The notes beneath the pieces were generated by a model. The model was not told the origin of the DNA and searched no databases. It was given only the letters and a program-made list of their open reading frames with translations. Of a stretch of DNA of 64,000 bases, positions 18,535-29,009 are shown piece by piece. The translations under genes were made by a program, and so were the position numbers. The stretch lies in assembly GCA_021787395.1 (NCBI GenBank), contig JAJYLZ010000003.1:47279-111278 (forward strand), given 5' to 3'. The stretch's first letter is position 1. Each line of letters starts with the position of its first letter. Origin of the DNA: Chloroflexota bacterium (GTDB lineage Bacteria > Chloroflexota > Limnocylindria > Limnocylindrales > CSP1-4).

Positions 18535-20511
18535 TCAGGCCAGCCCGGGCACGTCGAGCGGCTCGATGCCGTCCGCTGGCGAGAACCGGAACACCCGCGC
18601 CAGGAATCCCAGCTCGGCCCGGTACTGGGCGCGACGCGTCTCCGCCCGGCGGAAGCCGTGACCCTCGCCCTCGAAGCGGATCGCGACGTGGGGGTGGCCG
18701 CCGCCCCTGAAGGCCGCCTCCATGACGTCGAGCTGCGACGGGGGCACGACCCGGTCTTCAAGGCCCTGGAGCAGGAGCAGGGGCGCCCGGATGTGCTCGA
18801 GCGCGTGGATCGGCGACCGCTCTCGCCAGACCCGCCGGTCGTCGCCCCAGGGCGCGACCAGCCGCTCCTCGTAGCGCGACTCGAACTTGTGGGTGTCCTC
18901 GTGGATCAGCTCCAGGTCCGCGATGCCGAACAGGCTGATCCCGGCCGCGAAGACCTCCGGCCGGAAGGCGAGGCAGGCGAGGGTCGTGAACCCGCCAGCG
19001 CTGCCGCCGACGACGGCCATCCGGGCAGGATCCACGTCGCCGCGCTCCGCGAGGAAGCGGGCGACCGCGGTCGCGTCGTCGACGTCCACCACGCCCCAGC
19101 CGCCGTTGAGCGCGTCGCGGTAGGCGCGCCCGTAGCCGTCCGAGCCGCGGTAGTTGAGGTCCGCGACCGCAATCCCGCGGGAGGTGAAGAACGCACGGTC
19201 CAGCGACAGCGCCGCCGGCGCGGAGCCGGTCGGCCCGCCGTGGACCACGACCACCAGCGGCGGCTTCTCGCCGGCAGGCCCCTCGAAATGCGCGTTCGAG
19301 GGCCGGTAGAACAGCGCGTGCGCCGACGCGCCGCCCGAGGTCGGGAAGGCGATCGACTCGGCCACCGGGAGGACGGCCGGGTCGAGCGGCGACGGCAGCG
19401 ACCGCGCCAGCACCCCGGCGGGCTCGCCGGTGCGGCCGTCGAGGCGGACCAGCGCGGGGCCGTCATGCGGTCCCGCCGCCACCGCGAACGCGTCGCCGCC
19501 CTGGACGACCAGCCCGTCGAACTCGGTGAACGGCGTGTCGATCTCGACCACCGCGCCGTCGCGATCGATCCGCACCAGGCGGTCTCGGCCCTGGTCCCGC
19601 GGCGCGGCCAGGATCGACCCGTCGGGGAGGAACGCATACGACGACTGGCCGAACACCCAGGCCGGGTCGGCGAACTCGGCGGGCATCGGCGCCAGCGCCC
19701 GCCTCGCGGCGGCGGACAGCGTCGCGGGGTCCCCCTCGAACGCGTACAGGTTCCACCAGCCGGTCTCGTCGGACACCACGTGGAGCACGCCGTCGGGCGA
19801 CCACTCGGGCTGGGCCACGGAGCTCAGGCCGCCGCCCGCCAGCGTCCGCGCGGGGCCCAGGGCGCCGTCCTCGCCCACCGGCGCGAGGCGCAGCCGCGAG
19901 GCGTCCCAGGGCATGAACGGCAGGTCCCACTCCAGCCAGGCGAGCCAGCGCCCGTCGGGCGAGAGCCGGGGGCTGGAGACGAAGTCGGGGCCGCTCACCA
20001 GGACCCGGCCCGGCCCGTCGGACCCGTCAAGCGCCAGTGCCACGAGCTCGTTGACCACCAGCCGGTGGTCGTTGGGGCGGTCCGCGTCGTGGGTCTCGCG
20101 GACGGCCAGGAGGCGCGGCCGCAGCGGGTCGAGCCGCAGGTCGGCATACCGCCACGGCCCCTCCGGGGTGATCGCCGCCGGCTCGGCCGCGCCCTCGAGG
20201 TCGAGGCGGTACAGGCGGCCGTCGTGGTGGCTCGACGCCACCACCACGCCGCCGCCGACGGTGAACGACCCGCCCCCGTACTCGTGGACGCGGTTGCCCA
20301 CCCGGAACGGGTCGGGCGTCAGCTCGTGGGTGGCGCCGTCCGGGGCGCGCCGGAGCAGCGTCCGCCGGCCCGCCTGCGTCGGCCGGCTCTCGAGCCAGTA
20401 CAGCTCGTCGTCCGCCGCCCACGGCTCGGCGATCGAGACGGCCGCGCCCGCGACCAGCTCGACGCTGATCGACGAGTGCCAGCTGCCATAGGGTGCGATG
20501 GTCGTGCCCAA
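18535..20511 (-). CDS. S9-family serine peptidase (prolyl oligopeptidase / acylaminoacyl-peptidase-like) with an N-terminal beta-propeller
   Basis: GGSAGG nucleophile elbow with a downstream D and H. The N-terminal propeller repeats resemble TolB/DPP. Confidence 0.9.
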   Translation of the reverse strand: MGTTIAPYGSWHSSISVELVAGAAVSIAEPWAADDELYWLESRPTQAGRRTLLRRAPDGATHELTPDPFRVGNRVHEYGGGSFTVGGGVVVASSHHDGRLYRLDLEGAAEPAAITPEGPWRYADLRLDPLRPRLLAVRETHDADRPNDHRLVVNELVALALDGSDGPGRVLVSGPDFVSSPRLSPDGRWLAWLEWDLPFMPWDASRLRLAPVGEDGALGPARTLAGGGLSSVAQPEWSPDGVLHVVSDETGWWNLYAFEGDPATLSAAARRALAPMPAEFADPAWVFGQSSYAFLPDGSILAAPRDQGRDRLVRIDRDGAVVEIDTPFTEFDGLVVQGGDAFAVAAGPHDGPALVRLDGRTGEPAGVLARSLPSPLDPAVLPVAESIAFPTSGGASAHALFYRPSNAHFEGPAGEKPPLVVVVHGGPTGSAPAALSLDRAFFTSRGIAVADLNYRGSDGYGRAYRDALNGGWGVVDVDDATAVARFLAERGDVDPARMAVVGGSAGGFTTLACLAFRPEVFAAGISLFGIADLELIHEDTHKFESRYEERLVAPWGDDRRVWRERSPIHALEHIRAPLLLLQGLEDRVVPPSQLDVMEAAFRGGGHPHVAIRFEGEGHGFRRAETRRAQYRAELGFLARVFRFSPADGIEPLDVPGLA

Positions 20512-20565
20512 CTTGGCGTGCCCTCCCTGGCGGCGGTCGGCCGCGGCGCGGCGGCGCTGGCGGAC

Positions 20566-21843
20566 CTAGGTCCCGTGCTGCCAGCTGGAGACGTACTCGA
20601 GCTGCTCGGGCGTCATCGGGTCGAGGGTGATGCCGAGCGCCGCCAGCTTGAGCCGGGCCACCTCCATGTCGATGGCCTCGGGCACCACGTAGACCTGCGG
20701 GGAGAGCTCGGCGTGGTGCTTGGCGACGTACTCGGCGGACAGCGCCTGGTTCGCGAAGCTCATGTCCATGACGGCCGCGGGGTGGCCCTCGGCCGCGCCG
20801 AGGTTGACGAGGCGGCCCTCGGCGATGAGGTTGAGCCGCTTGCCGCCGATGTCGAACTGCCGGACGTTGTCGCGCACCTCGCGCTCATGCCCCTCGGCCA
20901 TTTCGCGCAGGGCCCGCAGGTCCAGCTCCGCGTCGAAGTGGCCGGAGTTCGCCATGAGCGCCCCGTCCTTCATGGCCGCGAAGTGCTCGCGGCGGAACAC
21001 GTTGATGTTGCCGGTGGCGGTGACGAACAGGTCGCCCCACGGCGCCGCCTGGCCGGCGGTCATCACCTGGTAGCCGTCCATCAGCGCCTCGAGGGCGCGG
21101 ACCGCGTCCACTTCCACCACGGCCACGTGGGCGCCGTGGCCCGCCATCCGCATCGCGATGCCGCGGCCCACCCAGCCGTACCCGGCCACGACCACGTTCC
21201 GGCCGGCGATGAGGATGTTGGTCGCCCGCAGGATCCCGTCGATCGTGGACTGGCCGGTGCCGTAGCGGTTGTCGAACAGGTGCTTGGTCTGCGCCTCGTT
21301 GACCGCGACGACCGGGAACGCCAGGGCGCCGTCCGCCGCCATCGCGCGCAGCCGGATCACGCCCGTCGTGGTCTCCTCGGTGCCGGCGAGGACGCCCGAC
21401 AGCAGGTCGCGGCGCTCGCTGTGGAGCAGGGTGACCAGGTCGCAGCCGTCGTCCTGGGTCAGGTGCGGCCGGGTGTCGGCGACCGCCCGCAGGTGCGCGT
21501 AGTACGTGTCCCGGTCCTCGCCCCGCCGGGCGTACGTCGAGATGCCGTACTCGGCGACCAGCGCGGCGGCCGTCGCGTCCTGCGTGGACAGCGGGTTCGA
21601 GGCCGCCAGGTGGACCTCCGCGCCGCCGGCCGCGAGGGTCCGCATCAGGTTGGCCGTCTCGGTGGTCACGTGCAGGCAGGCGCCGATCCGGAGCCCCTCG
21701 AGGGGGCGCTCGCGCTCGAAGCGCTGGCGGATCAGGCGGAGCACGGGCATCTCGCGCTCGGCCCACTCGATCCGGCGGACGCCCTCTGCCGCGAGGGAGA
21801 GGTCGGTCACGTCGTGGGGCACGAGGCTGGCGGTGTCGGTCAT
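20566..21843 (-). CDS. ahcY: adenosylhomocysteinase
   Basis: Matches SAH hydrolase throughout ([14 protein letters not shown]-binding [22 protein letters not shown]). The ATG at 21843 gives MTDTASL and overlaps the upstream GNAT gene's stop. Confidence 0.9.
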   Translation of the reverse strand: MTDTASLVPHDVTDLSLAAEGVRRIEWAEREMPVLRLIRQRFERERPLEGLRIGACLHVTTETANLMRTLAAGGAEVHLAASNPLSTQDATAAALVAEYGISTYARRGEDRDTYYAHLRAVADTRPHLTQDDGCDLVTLLHSERRDLLSGVLAGTEETTTGVIRLRAMAADGALAFPVVAVNEAQTKHLFDNRYGTGQSTIDGILRATNILIAGRNVVVAGYGWVGRGIAMRMAGHGAHVAVVEVDAVRALEALMDGYQVMTAGQAAPWGDLFVTATGNINVFRREHFAAMKDGALMANSGHFDAELDLRALREMAEGHEREVRDNVRQFDIGGKRLNLIAEGRLVNLGAAEGHPAAVMDMSFANQALSAEYVAKHHAELSPQVYVVPEAIDMEVARLKLAALGITLDPMTPEQLEYVSSWQHGT

Positions 21844-22823
21844 CTGGGCTCCTCGAGGGGTTCGCCGGGCTCCGGCCCGGCAGGGGGCTCGCCGTTGTCG
21901 GCGATGGCGTCGCTGGAAGTGCCGGAGGGCGGCTCGATCGGATGCGCCTGATCGTAGGTCAGCTGGGCCTCCTCGGCGGGCCGCGACCCGAACAGGCGGC
22001 GGAACGGGCCCGGCAGCACGGACCACGACGGGGCGCTCCGGCGGATCAGCCGCTCCTCGAACCGGCAGTGCTCCGTGTAGCCGAGCGCCCGGTAGGCGGC
22101 GATCGCGGGCGGGTTGTCCGCCCGGACGTTGAGCACCACGTCGTCGCAGTAGCGGAGCAGCTCGGCCGTGACGGCGGAGGTGACCGCCTTGGCGAGGCCG
22201 CGGTTGCGGTAGTCGGCATGGGTCATGACGTTGCCCACCACCCCCATGCTCGCCTCGCGCGAGATCACGTGGGTGCCGGCCGCGGCCACCAGCCGCCCGC
22301 CCGAGCGGATGCCGAAGTAGACGCCCTCCGCCACGGCCCCGGCCGGGAGCCAGGCCGCGAAGCCCAGCTGGTAGAGGCGGTTCAGCTCGCCGACCTCGAC
22401 CGGGAGCAGACGCTCCACCGGCGCCGGGTAGGCCCGGAACGAAGCCCGGTCGACCCGCATGCGGACCATCGCCGGGCCCGGCTCGACCCGGTACGACCTC
22501 GCCACCGCTGGCAGGGCGGCGGCCGTCGCCGAGATGTAGGCGGCGCGCGGCCGCAGGACGTCGCGCAGGATCGCGGCGATGCCGTCGTTGTGGCCCATCA
22601 CGAACATCGACTGGGGCGTCGGCCCGGCGTACTCCATGCCGACCGCGATCACGTGGTTCCCGGCCAGGGCGACGGCCCAGCGGGTCCGGCCGAACTCGCG
22701 CTCGTCGAGGTCGCACACGGCGTAGGCGGCGAACAGGCGGTCCCGCTCGAGGAAGCCCCGGAGCACCGCCCGGTCCGTGCTCGGGCGGGCGACGATCGGT
22801 CGGCCGTCAGCGGTCGCGGTCAT
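21840..22823 (-). CDS. GNAT-family N-acetyltransferase with an N-terminal accessory domain
   Basis: C-terminal acetyl-CoA fold ([23 protein letters not shown]...[19 protein letters not shown]). Its start overlaps the mtnA stop. Confidence 0.75.
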   Translation of the reverse strand: MTATADGRPIVARPSTDRAVLRGFLERDRLFAAYAVCDLDEREFGRTRWAVALAGNHVIAVGMEYAGPTPQSMFVMGHNDGIAAILRDVLRPRAAYISATAAALPAVARSYRVEPGPAMVRMRVDRASFRAYPAPVERLLPVEVGELNRLYQLGFAAWLPAGAVAEGVYFGIRSGGRLVAAAGTHVISREASMGVVGNVMTHADYRNRGLAKAVTSAVTAELLRYCDDVVLNVRADNPPAIAAYRALGYTEHCRFEERLIRRSAPSWSVLPGPFRRLFGSRPAEEAQLTYDQAHPIEPPSGTSSDAIADNGEPPAGPEPGEPLEEPR

Positions 22824-24460
22824 CCGGCGCCCTCGGGCCCGGGACCCGCTTCGGACACCGCCGGCGGCTCCCCGGTCGCGGCCGGCGGCTGCTCCGGCCC
22901 ATCAGGGGCGGGCTCCAGCATGCCGCTCACCAGGTCCATGATGGCGGCGTGCCGCGCGGCCCGCTCGGCGCGAGCCGCCGCCAGCGCCGCCTCGTCAGCG
23001 GCCGGGTCCTCGACGGCCGGGGCCCCCTCCTCGGCGCGCTCACCCGCCGGCGCCGCGTCAGGTGCCTGCGTCGGCCCCTCGGCCGCCTCGTCCGCCGCCG
23101 CATCCGGGGCGCTGCGCCCGTGCTGCGCGGCCAGGGCCCTGAAGCCGCGGGCCACCATGCGGCGCGCCGACGACCGTTCAGAGGCGGCGGCGATGGCCGG
23201 CCCGAAGGGCGCGCGCAGGACCCCCTCGTCGGTGACGAACGCCGCGACCATCGCAGCGGGGATCACGTCCGTCATCGGGTTGCGGACGTGGACGCCCTCG
23301 GGCGCGATCCGCTGGCCCCGGAAGGCGACGACCATCGACGGGCGGGCGTCCTCGACGATCAGGTCGTCGCCGCCGGCGACCCCGAGGTCCAGCGCGGTCG
23401 TCGCCACGCACACGATGAACGGCACGCCGGCAGCCTGCGCCGCCAGCGCCAGGGGATAGGCGCCCACGGGCGCGGCGAGGTCGCCGTTGGCTGCGACGCG
23501 GTCCGCAGAGACGAGGACGGCGTCCACCTCTCCGGCAGCGATGCAGCCCGGGGCGGCGGCGTCGGTCACCAGGGCGTGCGGCACGCCGGCCTGCCCCAGC
23601 TCCCAGCACGCGATGCGGGCGCCCGCCAGCCAGGGCCGCGACTCGGCGACCAGGGCGTGGATCCGCTGGCCGGCGCGGTGGCGGCTCATGATCGCGCCCA
23701 GGGCGGTGCCGAACACGCCGCTGCCCAGGGCGCCGGTACTGCCCGCCGTGAGCACGTGGAGCGGCGCGTCGGGCCCGCCGGGCAGGGCCTCGGGGGCGTA
23801 CTCGGCGATCGAGCCGTGGTCCTCGGTGGCCTCGATGATGATCTCCTCCGCCTCGCGGCGGAGCGCATCGGCCAGCACCTTCCCGTCCGCGTCGACCGGG
23901 AAGTCCTCCAGGACGGCGAGCATCCGGTCCAGCGCGAGCCCCATCTGCGCCGAGGCGGGCCGGTTCATCCGGAACGCGTTGGCCGAGCCCCGGATGGTCG
24001 CCCGCCGGGCGAAGGGCCGGGAGTCCCAGGCCCGCGCGGCCACCAGCGCCACCGCCGCGGCGGCCAGCTGCGCCTGGACGGCCGCGCCGATGACGGCCCC
24101 GTCGTTGATGGCGTTGACGCCGTCCGCGGCGCCCGCGATCTCGATCTCCTGGAGGATGTCGGGCAGCTGGCGCTGGTCCCACGCGAAGACCGCGTCGTCC
24201 TCGAAGCGGAACGGCGCCCGGTAGCCCGCGGTGTTGGCGAGGTACGGTCCCTGCGCCCGCGGCCCCGGGAGCGCCGCGGCCGCTCCGCCCGGCATCCCGG
24301 CGGCGCCGATGCCCAGCAGCTCCTGCGCGGCGGACGCGGATTCGGCCTGCAGCGTGCGGGCCACCCCGATCATCGACCCGACCGAGCTCGCGACGTCGCC
24401 CGCGAACAGCCGGAAGAACCGGCGCCGGTGGGGATCGGCGGGAACGGGCTCGTCGGGCAT
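22820..24460 (-). CDS. mtnA: S-methyl-5-thioribose-1-phosphate isomerase (eIF-2B alpha/beta/delta family) with a long Ala/Glu/Pro-rich C-terminal tail
   Basis: MtnA/eIF2B-like core (FRFEDDAVFAWDQRQLP, GADRVAANGD, VGAYPLALAA). About 170 aa of low-complexity C-terminal extension. Confidence 0.8.
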   Translation of the reverse strand: MPDEPVPADPHRRRFFRLFAGDVASSVGSMIGVARTLQAESASAAQELLGIGAAGMPGGAAAALPGPRAQGPYLANTAGYRAPFRFEDDAVFAWDQRQLPDILQEIEIAGAADGVNAINDGAVIGAAVQAQLAAAAVALVAARAWDSRPFARRATIRGSANAFRMNRPASAQMGLALDRMLAVLEDFPVDADGKVLADALRREAEEIIIEATEDHGSIAEYAPEALPGGPDAPLHVLTAGSTGALGSGVFGTALGAIMSRHRAGQRIHALVAESRPWLAGARIACWELGQAGVPHALVTDAAAPGCIAAGEVDAVLVSADRVAANGDLAAPVGAYPLALAAQAAGVPFIVCVATTALDLGVAGGDDLIVEDARPSMVVAFRGQRIAPEGVHVRNPMTDVIPAAMVAAFVTDEGVLRAPFGPAIAAASERSSARRMVARGFRALAAQHGRSAPDAAADEAAEGPTQAPDAAPAGERAEEGAPAVEDPAADEAALAAARAERAARHAAIMDLVSGMLEPAPDGPEQPPAATGEPPAVSEAGPGPEGAG

Positions 24461-24490
24461 CGGGCTGGCGCTCGACCGCTGGCTCCGCGA

Positions 24491-25012
24491 TCAGTACCGG
24501 ATGACGCTCGTGACCTTGCGCCCCTCGAGCCGCTCTCGGCCGTTGAGGAACTCGAGCTCGACGAGGAACGCCAGGCCCACCACCACGCCCTTGAGCCGCT
24601 CCACCAGCTCGATCGTGCCGCGCACGGTGCCCCCCGTGGCGAGCAGGTCATCCACGATCAGGACCCGCTGGCCGGGCGCGATGGCGTCCCGGTGGATCTC
24701 GAGGGTGTTCGAGCCGTACTCGAGCGCGTACTCGACGGTCAGCGTGTCGGCGGGGAGCTTGCCCAGCTTGCGCACCGGGACCAGGCCCGTCCCGAGCTCG
24801 TAGGCCATCGGCGAGCTGAAGATGAAGCCGCGCGACTCCATGCCCACCACGAGGTCCACCTTCTCGTCGCGGTAGGGCTCGAGCATGAGCTCGATGGCCT
24901 CGCGATAGGCCGCCGGGTCCTTGAGCAGCGTGGTGATGTCGTAGAACAGGATGCCGGGCTTCGGGAAGTCGGGGATCTCGCGGATCTTCGCGCGAAGCGT
25001 CTCGGCGGACAT
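24491..25012 (-). CDS. apt: adenine phosphoribosyltransferase
   Basis: PRTase motif VLIVDDLLATGGT. Apt-like length (173 aa) and N-terminus. The upstream part of ORF 24491..26044 is filler. Confidence 0.9.
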   Translation of the reverse strand: MSAETLRAKIREIPDFPKPGILFYDITTLLKDPAAYREAIELMLEPYRDEKVDLVVGMESRGFIFSSPMAYELGTGLVPVRKLGKLPADTLTVEYALEYGSNTLEIHRDAIAPGQRVLIVDDLLATGGTVRGTIELVERLKGVVVGLAFLVELEFLNGRERLEGRKVTSVIRY

Positions 25013-25074
25013 CGGGTGGAGTACCTCCGCAGGCGGCGCGTTCGCCGTCGGGCAAGGTGGCCCGCGCCGGACGG

Positions 25075-26511
25075 CTAGTCTACCGCAGCCGATCCCGCCT
25101 CCCCCGCAGGGGTCGCAGTGCCGAGGCGCCCGGACGCGAGCGCACCGAGGGCGGCCACGAGCGCGGTGAGCACGAACACAGCGGCCAGCGCCCAGCCCAG
25201 CCCGTCGCCCCCGGCGCGCGTGCCGGCGGCCGCGATGGCACCGCCGGCGCCGACGCCCAGGGCGGTGCCCAGGATGTCGGCGAGCTGGAGCGAGGCGGTC
25301 GCCGCCCCCTGTTCGGATTCGCGGCTCCGGCGCAGCACGACCAGCGTCGCCGCGGAGTACATCACGCCCATGCCCACGCCCGGCAGCCCCCAGGTGACGA
25401 GGAGGATCTCGGCGGGCACGCCCGGCGCCACCGCCGGGATGGACAGCAGCGCGCCGAGGAGCACCAGCGCGAAGCCGAGCCGCGTGAACGGCACGACGCC
25501 CCAGCGGTCGATCCGCCTGGCCTGGAACCACGCGGCGGCCGACCAGGTGATCGTGGTCACCGTGAACACGACGCCCGTCAGCACGGGCGTCGTGCCGCGC
25601 CACGTCTGGAGCAGGAGCGCGACGTAGCCGTCGGCGGCGAAGAAGGAGAAGGTCATGGCGCCCCGCAGCAGCACCGCTGCCGGAACGCCCGGGGCGGCGC
25701 GCAGCGTGCCGGGCGGGGTCAGGCGCCGGAACGCGGGCACCAGCAGGACGAGGCCGATCGCGGTGCCCGCCGCCGCGACCGCGGGCTCCGGCACGGTGAG
25801 CGCGGCGATGACGAGCCCGGCGCCCGCCAGGCTCAGCAGCGCCGTCGGCAGGCGCCGCGACACGGCCTGGCGCTCGGCGTCGCCCGCACCCGGCCCCGGC
25901 CCCGGCACGGAGCCGAGCGCCTGGAGGGCGATCAGGGCCGCGGCCGCGAGCAGCGGCAGCAGGCCGAGGAACACCCAGCGCCAGCCCACGGTGGCGCCCA
26001 CGAACGCCGCGATCGACGGGCCGATCAGCCCGGGCACCACCCACGCGGCCGACATCAGGGCGAACATCGGCGGCTGCAGGTGGCTGGGCAGCCGGCGGCC
26101 GATCGCGACGTAGGCCGTCGGCGACAGCGATCCGCCGCCGCTGCCCTGGACGAAGCGCGCCGCGACCAGGAGGGGCATCGACGGGGCGATGCCGGCGACC
26201 AGCAGGCCCGCAGCGTAGAGCGCCACCCCCACCGCGAACGGGTGGCGGATCGGCACCCGGTCGAGGGCGGTGCCCACCAGCACGATCCCCAGCATGTTGC
26301 CGAGGTAGAACGCGGCGTAGACCCAGCCGTAGAGCTCCTGGTCGCCCAGCTCGCGCACGACGATGGGCATCACGGTGCCGATGGCCAGCGACTCGACGGC
26401 GATCAGCGTGATCGTGGTCACCAGGCCCAGCGTCAGGCCCAGGTAGCCGGGCGCGAACAGATCCCCGGTGCGCGCCGGGACGAGGGCGTCCGAGGCCGCC
26501 GGCGCGCTCAA
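25075..26511 (-). CDS. MFS transporter
   Basis: 12 predicted hydrophobic TM segments. MFS-like motif GTALDRVPIRHP. Confidence 0.8.
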   Translation of the reverse strand: MSAPAASDALVPARTGDLFAPGYLGLTLGLVTTITLIAVESLAIGTVMPIVVRELGDQELYGWVYAAFYLGNMLGIVLVGTALDRVPIRHPFAVGVALYAAGLLVAGIAPSMPLLVAARFVQGSGGGSLSPTAYVAIGRRLPSHLQPPMFALMSAAWVVPGLIGPSIAAFVGATVGWRWVFLGLLPLLAAAALIALQALGSVPGPGPGAGDAERQAVSRRLPTALLSLAGAGLVIAALTVPEPAVAAAGTAIGLVLLVPAFRRLTPPGTLRAAPGVPAAVLLRGAMTFSFFAADGYVALLLQTWRGTTPVLTGVVFTVTTITWSAAAWFQARRIDRWGVVPFTRLGFALVLLGALLSIPAVAPGVPAEILLVTWGLPGVGMGVMYSAATLVVLRRSRESEQGAATASLQLADILGTALGVGAGGAIAAAGTRAGGDGLGWALAAVFVLTALVAALGALASGRLGTATPAGEAGSAAVD

Positions 26512-27001
26512 CGGGGGCGGCCGGGCCTGGGCTCGAGGGCGCGGATGGGCACTCCGACAGGTGTGATGTCCACGATTTGCCCCAGGAGGGAGATCGGCCG
26601 AGGGCCGGCCGTGACGGGCGGCGTCAACGATACCTAGGGAGCGGGTGCCCCAGGGCCGTTGCGTGCCGGGCGGCCGCGACCGGGCGGCTTTCCGGAAGGA
26701 GCGAACGGCACCGAGCTGCCGGCCGCCCCGCGGAGGGCGGGCGTCACCGCGCGGCGGATGGCGCCGGGCCCGGCGCCCGTCGCGGGGGCATCGCCACGCC
26801 CGCCGCCACCCGGCGGCCTGCGGGGAGCCCGTCCCGTTGGCGCGTGGCGAGGCGCGGGGCGAGGATCGGCGCCAGCCGCCCCCGCCCGATCCGCGACGGG
26901 TGTTCGGAAGGAGCGGAAAGGCGGCGTGCCGGGCCGCGGTCGACGGGCGGCGTGCCGGGCCGCGCCGTCCGCCCCGGACTCCCCTGCCGCGGCCCTGCCG
27001 A

Positions 27002-27946
27002 TCAGCCGCCGATCAGCCGCAGGAGCTGGCCGAGCGTGGCGATCTGCGCCGGGGTCCGGTACAGGTTGTTGTTGAACGTGAAGCCGGTGAACCCGGCGTC
27101 GAGGTAGGGCCGCAGCTCGTTGGCGGCCTGCTCCGGCGTGCCGGCGAACAGGAACGGCCGCCGATCTGGCGCCATGGCATCGAGCAGCGCCCGGGCCGAC
27201 GCCTCGTCCTCGCCCACCACGACCGGCGCCGCCATCGTGCGCTCGATCGCCGCGGGGTCCCGGCCGATCTCCTCGGCGTAGGAGCGCAGCAGGTCCGTCT
27301 TGCGGTTGAGCGCCTCCATCCCGAGCGGGAACCAGTGCGCCAGGTCGGCGTGCTTGGCCGCGATGCGAAGGGTGCGCTGCTCCCCGCCCCCGCCGACCAG
27401 GATCCGGGGCCCGCCCGGCTGGACCGGCCGCGGGATGTTGATGACGTCCACCGTGCGGTAGTGCGCCCCCTCGAAGCTGGAGCGCTCGAGGGTGAACATG
27501 CCGCGCACGATCGTGAGCGCCTCGTCGAGGCGGTCCATGCGCTCCTTGATCGGCGGGAAGTCGAACCCGAAGGCGTGGTGCTCGGCCTCGTACCAGGCCG
27601 CGCCGAGACCGAAGACGGCGCGTCCGCCGGAGATGACGTCGAGCGTCGTGGCGGTCTTCGCCAGCAGGGCGGGATTGCGGTAGGTCACGCCCGAGACGAG
27701 CGTCGAGAGGCGGACCGTCTTGGTCTCGCGGGCGAGCGCCGCCAGCACCGACCAGCCCTCGAGCATCGGCTCGGTGGGGACGCCGATGCCGGGGATCTGG
27801 TTGAGGTGGTCCATGACGGTTACCAGCCCGAAGCCGGCCGCCTCGGCTGCCTGAGCCTGCTCGACCGTCTGGGCGAAGAGGTCCGCCGAGGAGGTGCCGG
27901 GATGCGTGTAGCTGGGGCAGTGGAGGCCGAACCAGGGAGTCGTCAT
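27002..27946 (-). CDS. LLM-class (luciferase-like) F420-dependent oxidoreductase
   Basis: LLM/F420 family signatures (GFGLVTVMDHL, FGLGAAWYEAEH, RLDEALTIVRGMF). Confidence 0.85.
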   Translation of the reverse strand: MTTPWFGLHCPSYTHPGTSSADLFAQTVEQAQAAEAAGFGLVTVMDHLNQIPGIGVPTEPMLEGWSVLAALARETKTVRLSTLVSGVTYRNPALLAKTATTLDVISGGRAVFGLGAAWYEAEHHAFGFDFPPIKERMDRLDEALTIVRGMFTLERSSFEGAHYRTVDVINIPRPVQPGGPRILVGGGGEQRTLRIAAKHADLAHWFPLGMEALNRKTDLLRSYAEEIGRDPAAIERTMAAPVVVGEDEASARALLDAMAPDRRPFLFAGTPEQAANELRPYLDAGFTGFTFNNNLYRTPAQIATLGQLLRLIGG

Positions 27947-27975
27947 GGAGCGATGATGCCCTCGATCCCCGCACC

Positions 27976-28569
27976 GTGCGCTGGCACCCGAAACACCCGC
28001 CAGCGCGCCTTCGTCTCTTGGGCATGAGGAGGCTGGCGGGGATCCTCGGGCTGCTGCTGTTCGTCGGCGCAGGGGCGGTCGGCGGCATCAGGCTCTGGGG
28101 CGCGGCGGGCAGGACCTATGACGCGCTGACCTCCACGGCGCACGTCGAGCGTGGCCTCGAGCCGCGGATGACCGCCGACCAGGCCGAGAACCTCACCTAC
28201 GGGTACCTGAACCGGATGCGGGTGCTGCTCGCCGACCCCGCCCAGCACGTGACGCCGTACGTGGCCCAGGTCTGGGCGGTCACCGCCGACCGGGCGGCGG
28301 CCCTCGACGGGTGCATCCCAGCCGGCATGGGGTCCGGGGTGGTGTGGGTCACCGTTGGCCGCGGCGACTACCTCAACCTGTCGGACCGCGCCTGGTCCCG
28401 GGCCTACCGGCCGGGGGACGACCTGACGACCCAGGCGTGCACGGCGCCCGCTCATGCCGGCACGATCGTCATCGACGACGCGACCGGCGAGATCCTCGGC
28501 GTCTACCCGGACAGCGGCTCGCTGAACCCCCACCCGTCACCCCGGGCGACGCTGGCGCCCGGGATCTGA
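27976..28569 (+). CDS. hypothetical membrane-anchored protein
   Basis: N-terminal TM or signal anchor LAGILGLLLFVGAGAVGGI. The start is ambiguous between the GTG at 27976 and the ATG at 28024. Confidence 0.45.
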   Translation: MRWHPKHPPARLRLLGMRRLAGILGLLLFVGAGAVGGIRLWGAAGRTYDALTSTAHVERGLEPRMTADQAENLTYGYLNRMRVLLADPAQHVTPYVAQVWAVTADRAAALDGCIPAGMGSGVVWVTVGRGDYLNLSDRAWSRAYRPGDDLTTQACTAPAHAGTIVIDDATGEILGVYPDSGSLNPHPSPRATLAPGI

Positions 28570-28595
28570 ACTCGCCTCGCCGCGACGCGCCGCGG

Positions 28596-29000
28596 TCAGA
28601 GCAGGGTGCCCTGGTGGAAGCGGATCCGCCACCGGCCCCGGTCGTAGACCCAGACCGAGACGCGCCGCGCCGGGCGCTCGCCGCGGGTCTCGAACGTGGC
28701 GAGGGCGACGCCGGGGCCGACGACCTCCAGTTGGAACCGATCGATGGGCACCTCGGAGGTCGGGGCGCCGCGCAACGCCTCCAGGGTCGCCTCCCGCGTC
28801 CAGGCCCGGCCGCTGGCGCCGGTCTCGCGGAACGCAGGGTGGAGCACCTCGTCGTAGCCGCCGTCGGGCAGCGCCTCGGGGCGGCGCTGGGCGAGCGCCA
28901 GCTCGAGCCGCAGCAGCTGGGCGCGGAGATCCCCGAGGTCGTCGTCCGAGGTGCCCACCGCCGGAGGATACCCGTCGCGCGTGGGCCCCTCGTGCGCCAC
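28596..29000 (-). CDS. NTF2-like / DUF4440-like small protein
   Basis: C-terminal WVYDRGRWRIRFHQGTL matches the DUF4440 (SnoaL-like) ending. GTG at 29000. The upstream part of ORF 28596..29414 looks like non-coding filler. Confidence 0.5.
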   Translation of the reverse strand: MAHEGPTRDGYPPAVGTSDDDLGDLRAQLLRLELALAQRRPEALPDGGYDEVLHPAFRETGASGRAWTREATLEALRGAPTSEVPIDRFQLEVVGPGVALATFETRGERPARRVSVWVYDRGRWRIRFHQGTLL

Positions 29001-29009
29001 ACTTGCCCC

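Noticed and set aside
18658-21951. 1097-aa plus-strand ORF
   Set aside because: It is antisense to the S9 peptidase and ahcY, both of which have strong family signatures. It is low-complexity R/G/D.
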